A stretch of DNA of 64,000 nucleotides from Balanoglossus misakiensis (taxonomy: Eukaryota; Animalia; Hemichordata): contig CM082592.2 in NCBI GenBank assembly GCA_040954595.2, positions 5,550,209-5,614,208 on the forward strand, written 5' to 3'. How positions within the stretch are numbered: position 1 is the stretch's first letter; every line of letters begins with the position of its first letter. The notes under the pieces are model-generated. The model saw nothing but the letters and a program-made list of their open reading frames with translations, was not told the origin of the DNA and made no database searches. This document shows positions 34,561 to 51,369 of this stretch, piece after piece. Position numbers and translations under genes: made by a program.

Positions 34561-34866
34561 CCTTGGTCTGCGTGGTCGTAAAAGACGTGCTATTTTACGG
34601 CAACTGCCAACACCTGCGTTAATACCGCATTGCGTAAATTTGTATCACCTGACCTTCTGTGCACGCACACATGACAGCCTTGTTCAAGATTGTTGAATGA
34701 TAACGGCCACTATACTCGAAGGTCTGGCCAATTGGATTGGTTGGATGTATTATTTGGCGTCGTGCACGTGACGTTTTGACCCGGCCAGAGTCACCACCAA
34801 CTGCAACCTATCAACAATACGTGTTCGTCCGCGAGAGCTGCTAGTGCTATACTCGACTCTGTGAAA

Positions 34867-37009
34867 ATGTCCGACTCCGGCAAATACAAGTACACCTATT
34901 TCAACGCGAACGCCCGCGGCGAGGTGGTCAGGCTCATTTTTGCGGCAGCAGGAGTCGAGTTTGAAGACATTCGAATCACCCCTCCGTTCAAGGACCCTAC
35001 CGACTGGATGAAAGTCAAAACAAGTAAGTCATGTCTGTTGCGTGCCTTTGATTTCTTCGCGATGTATCACCGCCAAAAGCTTGCAATATGTTGAATTGAA
35101 ATGACATGACATGCTAATGCAGTATTCGCAGGCGGGCAAGCCGTCTCTACGCGAAGGCCCAGTTCATCGCATTGCCTGGCCATGGGCGGAACCCGAATGA
35201 CTGTCTTTTACCATGAAGTCGTTTCTATCAATGATAAGCCGTTGACACAAGTCCTTAGGGTGGACCAATTGATACGGGTGTGTGTGAAAGATTTCCGAAA
35301 AAGATTCCCAGTAAATCCAGACCCCTCTCCCAGGATATCAATTGATTCACCCCTTACTTCCATTTTCGCACAGATTTCCCTTTCCAGCAGGTACCTGTTT
35401 TGGAGATAGAGGGCGGTGTAGTCCTAGCGCAGTGTCATGCCATAGCACGGTATCTGGCAAACGAGTTCGGTAAATATGAGCTGATTTATTGTTAGAAAAG
35501 AACTCGACCTGTATGGCCCCTCTTGGCAGCTAAGGGGCCGTGGATAATTTATATACACTTATGGGAAACAACATTTATTCATCACACAATTCTATCTACC
35601 ATGACTATTAAAACGTAAATTGTATTGGTCCTATCTTGCAACATGATAAGCTCCTTAGTAAAAAATCACGGTGAAACAGGTTCAAATGTTCGGATTTCTG
35701 CGCGCAACATGCGACACCTGCTAATTATTCTTCGACCGTTTGACATTTCAGGTTTGGCGGGAAAAACTAACCTGGAAAAGGCTTTGGTTGACATGACAGC
35801 TGATGCAATTGAAGACATATGGGCTGTAATCAAACCATATTTCTTTGCACCCGAGGATGAAAAGGTACGAATGAATGACATGGACATAAAAGTCAATTAT
35901 CATGATTATACTTGCATGAATATATTGATACAGTTGTTCTTGTCCCAGAAATCTTAGCAACGTAACGGACAGTTCAACACAAGGGATGGGGATAAGCTAA
36001 CTTGTATGTCAAGCGTCGTTTTTTTTCATATTGACGGCCCAATAACTCTGCATATCAAAATTAAAAAAAAATAATAATATAAATAATGGAAATATGTGAA
36101 TTTGATTTGGTTTGCATTCAAAGTCTATATTTCAGTAAAGGGATTATTAAACCCATATCCCAACACGACCCCCCATAAAAAAAACACAAATCAGCAAATA
36201 CTTGATTGATGGTTGATTATATGCAATAAACTGAACATGTTGATTTGTATGGAAGACCCGCACACAATAGTATACATATATACTTGATGTGGTCTAAGGT
36301 TTTATTTTGTGTGTGAGAGTTTATAAGGCTCTAGGACGGAAATACTCAACACGACCGACAATGGCCTTATTGTGAGCTGATGTTTTTTTTTTCATTACAG
36401 GCGGCCGTTTTTGAAGAAGTTTTCAAAAAGGCTGCGTCTGCAATGGACAATATGGAACGACTGTTGACTACAAATTCCGGGGGAGACGGATTCTTTGTGG
36501 GAGACGCGGTAAGTGAACGGGACACGAAGCCACTCTAGCACAGTACCTCGGTTTGAACGCTATCCATAAAAGGACGGTGCAAGACAGTTTTCCTTAGATA
36601 TTTTTCTTCTGGTGTAAGGCGGTGGTTGGCTGATGGGTTGGTTGGTGGGTCGGGGTCCGTCTATGGGTGGTTGGCCAGGTGGATGCATGGACGCGTGGAC
36701 CAATGGTGAATAGGTATGATTGAAAGTCACACAGTTCCAATTTAAGGAATACGATGTGATTAAACGTATCTCAGTATTACTGTACCATGCATTCCCCATC
36801 TTTGATGCCTGATTATTTGTTGTTGTTACGTTAACTTCCAGTTGACTTGGGCAGATTTGAAGTTCTTCGGCCGGATCGGAGACAACATAAGACGTGTGAA
36901 TCCAGAATTCCTGAAGCAATATCCGAAACTGGACGCACATATGGATAGGATTGCAGCGATACCAAAAATTAAAGCATGGTTGGACAAACGACCAGCGGTA
37001 CCCTTTTAG
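34867..37009 (+). CDS. Glutathione S-transferase, sigma/HPGDS-like, copy 1, 213 aa
   Basis: Exons 34867-35023, 35374-35469, 35752-35864, 36401-36508, 36842-37009 (642 nt). Motifs YTYFNANARGEVVRLIF, FEDIRI, PFQQVPVLEI, AIARYLANEFGLAGKTNLEKA, FFVGDALTWADL, IKAWLDKRP. Confidence 0.95.
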
Positions 37010-37234
37010 AAGATTAAACAAACCCTGTCGAGCCAGCATTCGCATTAATATCGAACCATCTTAGACAGCAATAAATTACACGTATCACTGAAAAAAGAGA
37101 ATATCATTCGGTGTGGTTCACACATCACCGAGAAATAAATGTGCCTTGGTCGACGTATGTGGTATAATTCTGCGTGGTCGTAAAAGTCGTCCCTATTTTA
37201 CGGCAACTGCCAACACCAGCGTTAATACCGCATT

Positions 37235-37690
37235 TAGTCTCGGTTACCCAGACGCCTTTGCTCTTCCGATGCTCTCCAGAAAAGGGTCTGGGGAAATACT
37301 ATTGAAAGCTTTGTAAAACAAAATGGCCGATGTCAGGATTTTGATCATCGCCTGATTGGCTGAGCTGTCAGTATGACCCGGGTCACTGCAATAGTTTCGA
37401 CAATCGTCTACCAAAGATATTTCATATAATTTCTCCAACAATGCTAACAGAGGACGCCTTTTGCCTTTCGCATCAACCAACAAGTACCGGTCTCTTGATA
37501 TGAAGATACGACAAATAATCACACATTGTCGAGAGTCAGTGACCCGGGTCATACTGACAGCTCAGCCAATCAGGCGATGATCAAAATCCTGACATCGGCC
37601 ATTTTGTTTTACAAAGCTTTCAATAGTATTTCCCCAGACCCTTTTCTGGAGAGCATCGGAAGAGCAAAGGCGTCTGGGTAACCGAGACTA
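37235..37690. mobile_element. 456-bp non-autonomous DNA transposon with perfect 154-bp TIRs and 9-bp TSD (Academ/AcademH-like)
   Basis: TIRs at 37235-37388 and 37537-37690; TSD TACCGCATT at 37226-37234 and 37691-37699; the paralogous empty site with a single TACCGCATT is at 34623-34631. Superfamily assignment is an inference from the TAG..CTA ends and 9-bp TSD. Confidence 0.95.
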
Positions 37691-37829
37691 TACCGCATTG
37701 CGTAAATTTGTATCACCTGACCTTCTGTGCACGCATACATGACAGCCGTGTTAAATATTGTTGAATGATAACGGCCGCTATACTCGAAGGTCTGGCCAAG
37801 AGAGCTGCTAGTGCTACTCGACTGTGAAA

Positions 37830-40140
37830 ATGTCCGACTCCGGCAAATACAAGTATACCTATTTCAACGCGAACGCCCGCGGCGAGGTGGTCAGGCTCAT
37901 TTTTGCGGCAGCAGGAGTCGAGTTTGAAGACATTCGAATCACCCCTCGGTTCAATGACCCTACCGACTGGATGAAAGTCAAAACAAGTAAGTCGTGTCTT
38001 TTGCGTGCCTTTGATTTCTTCGCGATGTATCACCGCCAAAAGCTTGCAATATGTGGAATTGAAATGACATGACATGCTAATGCAGCATTCGCAGGCGGGC
38101 AAGCCGTCTCAATGCGAAGGCCCAGTTCATCGCATTGCCTGGCAATGCACACGTGACTCTTTTACCATGAACTTTGACCTTGTGTCAAAGTTCATGGTAC
38201 AATTGTACGATTTTCTGCACTGTCGGGTATACCGCGTTTTATTTGCAGAGCTCTGATACACAGAATGACAAGAAAGGACAGTAATCTCTTATGAGAATTG
38301 AGTATTTGACAAACCTGTCCAGCATAAAGTCATTTATCAATTGATACGGTGTGTGTGTGTGTGTGAAAAATTTCCGAAAAAAAGTTTCCCAGAAAATGCA
38401 AATAAAAAAGAATTCAGCCAGAGAAATAAAGATGGCGCACTAAAGTGAAAGAAATCTATCCAAATGAGGAGTGCAAAAAATTGCCAGAAATCTGAGAAAT
38501 AAAACAATGATCAGTGGATCAGGTACAAAAAATGCTACGTCATCAATCTTCCAGACCCCTCTCCCAGGATATCAATTGATTCACCCCTTATACTTCTATT
38601 TTCGCACAGATTTCCCTTTCCAGCAGTTACCTGTTTTGGAGATAGAGGGCGGTGTCGTCCTAGCGCAGTGTCATGCCATAGCACGGTATCTGGCAAACGA
38701 GTTCGGTAAATATGAGCTGATTTATTGTTTTACACTGACAGCCAGTTGAAAGAAAAAGAGATATATGCACATTACCCTTTTTGAAGTAATGTGTGTGTTT
38801 GCTTTTCAATATTTATGAGGCAAAGTTGAGAAAAGCGACGGAGTCTCAGTCCAGTCTTCTCCACAGTAGTACAGCTCTGCCAAGGTGTCGCGTGTTAGAA
38901 AAGAACTCGACCTGTATGGCCCCTCTTGGCAGCTAAGGGGCCGTGGATAATTTATATACACTTATGGGAAACAGAATTTATTCGTTACATGCACAATTCT
39001 ATCGAACAGGACTATTCAAACGCAAATTGTATTGGTCCTATCTTGCAACATGATAAGCTCCTTAGTAAAAATCACGGTGAAACAGGTTCAAATCTTCGGA
39101 TTTCTGCATAATTCTGCGCGCAACTTGCGACACCTGCTAATTATTCTTCGACCGTTTGACATTTCAGGTTTGGCGGGAAAAACTAACCTGGAGAAGGCTT
39201 TTGTTGATATGACAGCTGATGCAATTGAAGACATATGGACTGTAATCAGACCGTATTTCTTTGCACCCGAGGATGAAAAGGTAAGAATGAATGACATGGA
39301 CATAAAAGTCAATTATCATGATTATACCTGCAAAGGTCACGTGACGGCGTTTTGACGAATCACGATCGAGGGTTCACTGCATGGTGTGTTATAAATATAC
39401 TTGATGTCGTCCAAGGTTTTATTTTGTGTGTGAGAGTTTATAAGGCTCTAGGACGGAAATACTCAACACGACCGACAATGGCCTTATTGTGAGCTGATGT
39501 TTTTTGTTTCATTACAGGCGGCCGTTTTTGAAGAAGTTTTCAAAAAGGCTGCGTCTGCAATGGACAATATGGAACGACTGTTGACTACAAATTCCGGGGG
39601 AGACGGATTCTTTGTGGGAGACGCGGTAAGTGAACGGGACACGAAGCCACTCTAGCACAGTACCTCGCTTTGAACGCTATCCATAAAAAGGACGGTGCAA
39701 GACATTTTTCCTTAGATATTTTTCTTCTGGTGTAAGGCGGTGGTTGGCTGATGGGTTGGTTGGTGGGTCGGGGTCCGTCTATGGGTGGTTGGCCAGGTGG
39801 ATGCATGGACGCGTGGACCAATGGTGAATGGGTATGATTGAAAGCCGCACAGTTCCCATTTAAGGAATACGATGTGATTAAACGTATCTCAGTAAGTATC
39901 ACAGTATTTACTGTAACATGCATTCCCCATCTTTGATGCCTGATTATTTGTTCTTGTTACGTTAACTTTCAGTTGACTTGGGCAGATTTGAAATTCTTCG
40001 GCCGGATCGGAGACAACATAAGACGTGTGAATCCAGAATTCCTGAAGCAATATCCAAAACTGGACGCACATATGGATAGGATTGCAGCGATACCAAAAAT
40101 TAAAGCATGGTTGGACAAACGACCAGCGGTACCCTATTAG
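37830..40140 (+). CDS. Glutathione S-transferase, sigma-like, copy 2 (recent tandem duplicate of copy 1), 213 aa
   Basis: Exons 37830-37986, 38610-38705, 39168-39280, 39518-39625, 39973-40140; same exon sizes as copy 1 with largely alignable introns; ends RPAVPY*. Confidence 0.94.
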
Positions 40141-41106
40141 AAAATTAAACAAACTCTAATGTCGAGCCAGCATTCGCATTAATACCGAACCATCTTAGAC
40201 AGCAAGAAATAACACGTATCAAAAAAGAGAATATGTTGATATCATTCGATGTGGTGGTTCACACGGAAAATGTTGACCTTTCATAAAAGGTTGCTGACAT
40301 GTAGTGACCCACCCCTAGAGATATGTATGTGAAAAAATGGCGACCCTCCTTCCAAAAGCACGAACCCTCCCCATTAAATCTTGATGTAAGGGCAAAGGTT
40401 ATCGACATCAGCGGGTTTGTGCAGAGCTCTTGACCGTACCTTGGTCCGATGCCGTCGTTCTCAAATTACTCGTGGTGGTTTATTGAAATTGCTGTCTATC
40501 CAAGTACCAATGAACTAATAACGCATAGATTTACACTTCTAAGACAGCAGCGAAAAAACACAAGTTCCCAACTTGTATTTGTATTCGCCTTTTCTTTATG
40601 GAGCGAAAGGTACTTAAGTTGAAAGTTAAAACAATTCAAAATAACGCTTACTTTATCGGACAATGGATGCGATTATACATTGTACTGGGTTGAGTGTGCG
40701 TTCTGTGCACCAATATATTATTATGTCATGAATTATGCTTAAGTGACACTTTTAATAATTGATATATTAGTCAGTGTCAACAAAAACTTAATCTATTTAT
40801 ATAAAACTGTCATTGACACGACACGATTTGTTAAAATAACTTATGCTTCTGTTTTTTTTTCTTTTCGATCTCCATATTTATCTGTATAAATCAACTTATT
40901 GTTGGCTAAAAACCGCCGCGGTATATTGGTCACCTAGTCCACACGATATACCCTGTCACTTATAGTTTACACGCCTACTATATGTTTACTTCAACCGGAA
41001 CGACACTCAGTTGAGGCTAAAGTTGACTGCTCATAACCGTCGCGACCGCCGCTGATACAACAGCAATAACCGCGTTTGCCCCCTAGGACCGCTGAGTTCA
41101 CTCAAC

Positions 41107-42460
41107 ATGTCTTCATGCAAATACAAGTTCACGTATTTCAACGCGCATGCTCGCGGCGAGGTGGTCAGGCTGGTCTTTGTGGCGGCGGGTGTCGACTTTG
41201 AAGACATTCGCATTGGTTATCGCAGCGAATGGGCTGCTACTGACAAAACGTGTAAGTATTCCTTGAGCTTGCTGTATGTAGAAATGAATTGCTTCGGTCA
41301 GCCAGCGCCGCAGTCAAATTCCAGTGGGTGGGGAGTACTTTATTTCGAGACACGAGAAGTCGGTACCTCCCATGATAGCTCCCTCATATTGATGAATCGG
41401 TGCAAGAGGTACGTGACTGAAATTTCCGAAGTGTCTCGTTGATATGAAACTCGTTTATATTTTACAGCGTTTCCTTTCCGGCAGATACCGGTGTTGGAGA
41501 TCGAGGGTGGTATTGTTCTATCACAGTCCCATGCTATTGCCCGTTATCTCGCAAACGAGTTTGGTAAGCAATTATATTACAACTTCATTTATCTGATTTT
41601 ACATTATATCATGGTAAATTGAAATTTCAATTTACAATACACAGCGCAGCCAGCGGTACAAATGGGACAGGGGTCGAGTCTGATGGATCTGATGAACTCT
41701 TTGTTCTGTGACCTGCGTTCTAGTGCTAATAACTATATCAGCATGCATGGGTTTGAACTGTGTTATAAAACACCTTTCGGTTGGTCTCCGTTTTGGCTTC
41801 CCGTTCATCACTTCCTCGTGACCAGAAGTTCGCTATTACCGACGCCTCGCTCTCCCTCGGAAATGATATAAAGATACAAAAGCCCACTTTCATGGCCCCT
41901 GGATGACCTTAGAACCTGCCCTTTGGCATGGCGTCATACATCATTCGATGTTACAAACGGCATTCATCTTTATGTTCTTGGATAAGTTAGAGTGCACAAG
42001 CTCAATAGTATGGTTGACTGTACCAGATTTTAAACACAAAGTGGTAAACTCATACCAAGAAAATGCAAGAATGTGAAGGTCACATAAGGGTCATGAAAGT
42101 GGCCTATGGACGAGTGCTGTCATAAGTCCTCATGGCAAAGCATCCGTGTTCATTAGCCTGCAGGTTCTGTTGCACTGCCAGTGCAGAACGTGATTTATGT
42201 TAAATGGCCTGTAGAATCCATACGAAATAACGTCCTATACCACCATATCAATTTCCAAAAACCTAATGTGAGAGTTTTTCAATTTGTAGGATTGGCGGGA
42301 AAAACCAACATGGAAAAGGCTCTGGTTGATATGGTAGCCGATGCAACTGAAGAAATTTATCTTATAATCAAACCGTATTTTTGGGCTAAAATGGAGGAGA
42401 AGGTACCCACATGTACATGTAGTTAACTGTTTCATATTGTTGACATATTATTTTCATAAA

Positions 42461-42550
<90 letters not shown>

Positions 42551-43062
42551 GATGATGAGTCACAGTGACCTCTCTGTCTCTGTATTTTAGGAAACTGTTT
42601 TCGAAGAGGTGTTCAAGAAGATGCCTCCCGCAATGGACAATATGGAACGATTATTGTCCAGCAACTCTGAAGGAAATGGTTTCTTTGTTGGAGACTCGGT
42701 ATGTAATACAGTAGCACATGCTCGGTAATAACACGTGTCATTTTGAATATAATTTTGTTATGTTTAGAATTATAAACATTTAAAAAATCAAATGAACAAA
42801 GCAACTCAAACAAGACAAGACAGTCAGTCAGTCAGTCAGTAAATAAATAAATAAATACAATTACTTCCAATTTAACAGTGATTCCTAATTTCAGTTGACT
42901 TGGGCAGATTTGAAGTTCTTCAATCGACTTGGAGACAACCTGAGACGAGTGAATCCGGAATTGCTGAAGAAATATCCTAACCTCGATGCACACGTGGACA
43001 AGATAGCAGCGATACCCAGAATTAAAGCATGGCTAGACAAACGACCGTGGGCGCCTTTTTAG
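41107..43062 (+). CDS. Glutathione S-transferase, sigma-like, copy 3 (older paralogue), 209 aa
   Basis: Exons 41107-41251, 41468-41563, 42290-42402, 42591-42698, 42895-43062 (630 nt); same intron positions as copies 1 and 2, but intron sequences do not align by eye. Confidence 0.95.
42461..42558. repeat. (GAT)n microsatellite in GST3 intron 3
   Basis: Seen directly. Confidence 0.98.
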
Positions 43063-43828
43063 GGCATTCGTCCCGAACTATACAAATTTGCGCCCGCTGG
43101 TGCTTGGTGGTGGCCCTTTTCAATGACGTCAAGAAATCCCCGCAGTGTGGTTGGTGGCGTCATTTTTTGGCAGCCCTATACAGCCACAGACAACCAATTA
43201 TCACATGCGTTGTTTTTTTGCGAATGGTATTGCATAAAAGAGACATCACGTATGTAAAATTACAAGTGTTTTCATGTGTTTCACTTCCTCGAAAGCTGGT
43301 TGTTTTCGACAGTCTTGGAACGCGCTTTTGTGTTTTCTGTTTATATCTTTTTTTTGTAAGAAGCGATATGAAACATGAGTAGACCCCACCACCCACCGTA
43401 ATTAGCGCTGTTGTTTACAAGAAATTTAATCGCAAAGCCATCCACGCTTTCCAGGCATAGTTGGGAGCGGCAAAAATATATGGTTACGTCTTGAATCACA
43501 AAGCTACCCCACACAAAGAAGTGATCCATCGAATCGTCGTCTAGGCAAAATGGGCCCGATTCCAACCATAAGCTTTGAAGCCAAGGTCAGAAGTCACGTA
43601 TCAGATGGTTGATGAATGTAATTCTTAGTCTTGCGGTTTGGGTTTTGTTTCTTTTCTTTTGTTATGCTTTGTGTGACCCAAATTTAACGTCCAAAGGTGG
43701 TATTTGGCTGGATAGGTTAGCTTCCATATTCTCATGTAAAAATTGGTGAATTGACGGAGGATGCACCCGCACTCTGCACTACAGGATTGCACTACACGAA
43801 TACATTATCCGCTTTACAACACCTGGCA

Positions 43829-44330
43829 TTATGACAACAACTGTGAGCTTGGTATGCTAAACAACCTCTCACTCGCATCAACCAATCATAAGCTTCACAA
43901 AATGCACCTGGTGAATGACACATTTCGATTGGATAGTTGTCAGCCAGTTCGTTTGTCAGGTGGTTCAGTGAGGTACCAGTTCCATCATTCGGACCTCAAT
44001 CTTTGACGTACAAACATCATGGCGGAAAGTAGTGGCGAGAACGACCTGCTCATTACCCTCAGCAATTTCTGACAACCAAGTGAAAGTGAAGGACAGGACT
44101 GTAACCCCATGGACTGGAGTTTGGTATCTGCATTTCAAATTAAGTGCATAAACCATCGGTCATGGAAAGTGACTTGACGAAGGGTGCCTTTTCTCCTGGC
44201 TTACAAGCTCTCGTTGCGCACATTTCTCTCGTCCTCTACTGTAAGTAACAGCTTCCGCCATTTCTTCTCGAAATATGTATATATTTATTCTATAGACTAT
44301 AAATTTTCAACTGTACGTCAGCAAAAAAGT
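43829..44330 (+). mobile_element. Dispersed repeat copy C (5' part), decayed ORF MAESSGENDLLITLSNF, possibly Crypton-like
   Basis: Aligns by eye with about 52810-53325 and 62186-62690 (caaccaatca..gcttcacaaaatgcacctggtgaatgacacatttcgattggatagttgtcagcca...). Confidence 0.7.
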
Positions 44331-46860
44331 TCGTAACGTTTATCGCTCTTCGGCGATCACCAAATTAAACATAACACTACTTGCTGTTGTACGGACACCC
44401 GCATTATTCCGTGATGGTAATATATTGTTGACAGTTGACGGGGTTTGTTCTCGGCCAATTTGTTGAACTCATTGATCGTCAGGTTCATCCCTTAGTCCAT
44501 TTCGTCGAAAATAGGGCGTTTGCAGAATTAAGCTGATAAATAAAACTTCCGGCGTCGAATAACTAGAGGGCTGACCCTTGATATAATAAAGACCCCGTAC
44601 CATATTACCTCCGCGTGATGAACAATGGCGATCAACTATTTTTTACTTCCTCTGCCATGTGCGCCCGAAATAGCAAGGATGGAGTTACCACGCTGTGGAT
44701 TCCGATCGCGAGTTTCGGACTCAGATTTCACGGCAAAATTGGGGATTCATTCAAAAAAATCGCGGTGCAGTGTAGTGTCCCTTTGCTCTTTGCTACACGA
44801 TAGCTTTAATACATCATTTGCCCCCGCTCGTTAAATTTCAACGACACACGACCGAACAAGCGCTTCGCCCTGTGTGATGTATATGCAATTGGGCGACGCG
44901 GTATAGAAATCAGCGCCGAGATGACAATGCGCATGTGCACGGAAGGAAGGCTCGCTCGTTGACCCAGTTTTATAACAGTTGCAGTGGTCGAGGAGTTCTT
45001 GTGTACCTCGTCTGGCATTGCTCGTCACCTCCCCGCTCGGGTCAGGAGCTTTTTTGTCACTACCTGGCCACTTTGCAATCGGTGTTGGCGGCGAGGGTGC
45101 GGCGGCGAGAATCGGCGAGATCCGCCCAATACCCAGCTGGAAGCACAGGTGAGATCTCCGCGGCTTACATTGAAATGCCGACCTTGGGGCAGTTAAAAAT
45201 TGGCACGCAATGTACAATATGTTTAAGCGGGCTTTGCGGCGCAAGCACAACAGTATTGACTATTCATGAAGGTCATCAAAATCGTTTTATTAACTGACCG
45301 CAAGTGTATTGTATCTGACGCGTTTTACCGCAAATGGCCAGTGGCGGTCGAGTCATAAAAGGATGTATGTACCATGTACCAGATAGCTGCGGAATGGCCA
45401 ACTTAAGTGCACCGCGATTGGTATGTCGTCCTGTCCCGATTGCGGGATTCAAATCGCGTCCGGCAGACGTGTGCAGTTTGCAATTTGCAGCTAGAGCTGG
45501 CGACTAGCATTCAACCGGCAAAAACTGCGTTGTTGTTAACAACCGGTACACCTGAACGCCCTTTGCTGGTCGATGCTCGCACACGCAGCCGGCCAGACCC
45601 CCGAGGACCGCCGTGCATTGAGGCCAAAATTGACATCAAATATGACCTCTGCTTCTGACGGCATCGAAGATGAATGACGCTTCCAAGAACTCCAGTATTG
45701 ATAGTGACCTTGTATCGCGCTTTTTGGGGTTAATATGTCAATGTTGGCGACGAATAACCATTTTGTCTTTTAGCGCGTGACTTATCTCGCTGTTCAAATT
45801 AATATTTAAAAGTGGGGCGTGATATTGAAGTCACGCGAGTACAATTCTGTTTCGTCGCTCCCTCCTATTCTACCATATGCCGTACTGGGTTCCCTATCAA
45901 GCCCATTTTTTTTACTTTCTTGAAAATTGAAAATCTCCGTGAATCTAATTCTTGTAGTGAATTTAAGTTCGTCACCGACGGAACAATCCATTATCGCATC
46001 CACGTCACACTGATGCGGCCTTGTTTCAGTTGCGTGGCTTCCATCTTGTAGGCCGTTGTGATGGACACAGTTCGGTTTCATCAAAAACGCCACGGCTGAG
46101 ATCGTACAGCCACTGGCGTCGGCGATATTAGGCGAAGCTCTATCAATTGCTATATGCAAATGCATAAATATGTGTCACGCCAGAATTGGCCGGGAACCGA
46201 ACGGTACGGTACTGTAAGTTCGCGTGGTGGAGCGCGTAACGTGATATGCCCGGATAACTTTTAAAAAGTGGTTCGGTTCAATTTGTCTATTCGGAACAGG
46301 GCCTGGTCTCTCTCCATGCACTGCCCGCCCAGCGACCGCTTTAGCTCCCGTGTTCGGGAATGGTGTTTCTCCGTTCTTTTTCTTTTTCGATAACAGTACG
46401 CGCGATTTCATGAGATTGTGTTACGTGATATGACACAGTTCACATAATTACCTGTAATGTATGCACTTTATGGATATATCTCGGATGTACAGAGTCACTG
46501 AAACTGAGAAATAGAGTTAATTGAATACAGCTTTATCATTAATAAACAACATAACTTGCCAACAGATTTTGTTTAGATAACCATAGCTGCATGTTCTATT
46601 CTTAAAAAAACTTGTTGAAAAGTTCACTTTTCAAAAAAGCGTGTCCTACAGCCAAAATAGTTTGATTTGTTTTAAGAACTTTCGAAACAATTTGGCGCTG
46701 TTGAAAATGTTCAGTATTTTTTGCGATTAGCGTCCGCCCAGTCATGACACCTGTTGATATGACAAGCGTGTAATTTACTGCCTCCGTAATTTTCAAATAG
46801 AAGATTTTTCTCACTTCTGCTCTGTTTTTTCCTCCTATCTCCAGACTTGATGGAAGCACC

Positions 46861-50230
<3,370 letters not shown>

Positions 50231-51369
50231 CTCCTAGAGGGCGCCAATTTTTTTATCACGCGAAATTGAATCCAAGCTATCAATGCAAGCATTAAAGGGA
50301 CTGTGTAAAATGTGGCGTGTTTGGTGACATTTTACAAGTTATTCGTGATATACTAGTGATGTATTGAAAACGGTGATGTCATCAACGCTCTAATTTTACT
50401 CAACTCAATTCTGTTTGAGTTCGGCGATGTTGCCGTTTCCCGAAATTATCATAACGTATATAGAACATTGACGTCACTAATCACTTCAATCTGACCATTT
50501 TCAGTGGTCTTTTAACCGAACTTGAACTTGGCTCTCCTCCGTGACGGGTTTAATGAATGCAGACACAAAATTGATACTGCATAATACCACTTTAATATTG
50601 ATGAATCATGTCTTTCAAAGTACAACCTGCGAGAGGAAATATTTCCTTCTACCTCCTACAATATTAGCTACGTCACACCAACCGACACTGCTGACACAGC
50701 GACTACATAATATACATTGTAGGTGTTACTTGCCAAGAAATCCGCTTAAAATATTCTCAGTGGCAATTTTCAATGCACACAGAGAGTTCAATGTTGCAAT
50801 ATTTTTTAAAGACGATGAAATACGCTATCTTATAATGTAGTTAAGACAAACGATTCATTATTTTATCAAAATTATACCAGAATATATATTTTGATAATTA
50901 ACTGGTTTGTATATGTGTAAAATCGCCGCTGGACAGCTCCAGAATATTGTACATGTATCAATAAATAGCGTAAAAAGATTAATTGCGTGCAATTTAATAA
51001 ATCGATACATTCATATCCCTACTGATTAATTGATTGATTGATTGATTGATTATATTTGATGCTTAATTATTTTGAAACACTTAGATATAGTTCTACCAAG
51101 ATATAGTTCTACCAAGTTCTTTATTACTAGGTCATGGATGATTTACAATCTATCATTTCGTATTCGTACATATAACAAATCTATAGCGGGAGTTTGTGTT
51201 CTGTAAACGAGCGCGCGTTACTACATGTATTTCGTGCTCTTGTTTGAAAAACGCCTTCACGAGAGAAAGAGTCGGGACAGTTCAGAAATTGGGGAATAGA
51301 CACAGACATCTTAGTCTTCGGTACACCCTTTCAACTAGTACTAGTACCACGTTTAGTCGCCCGAGGACT

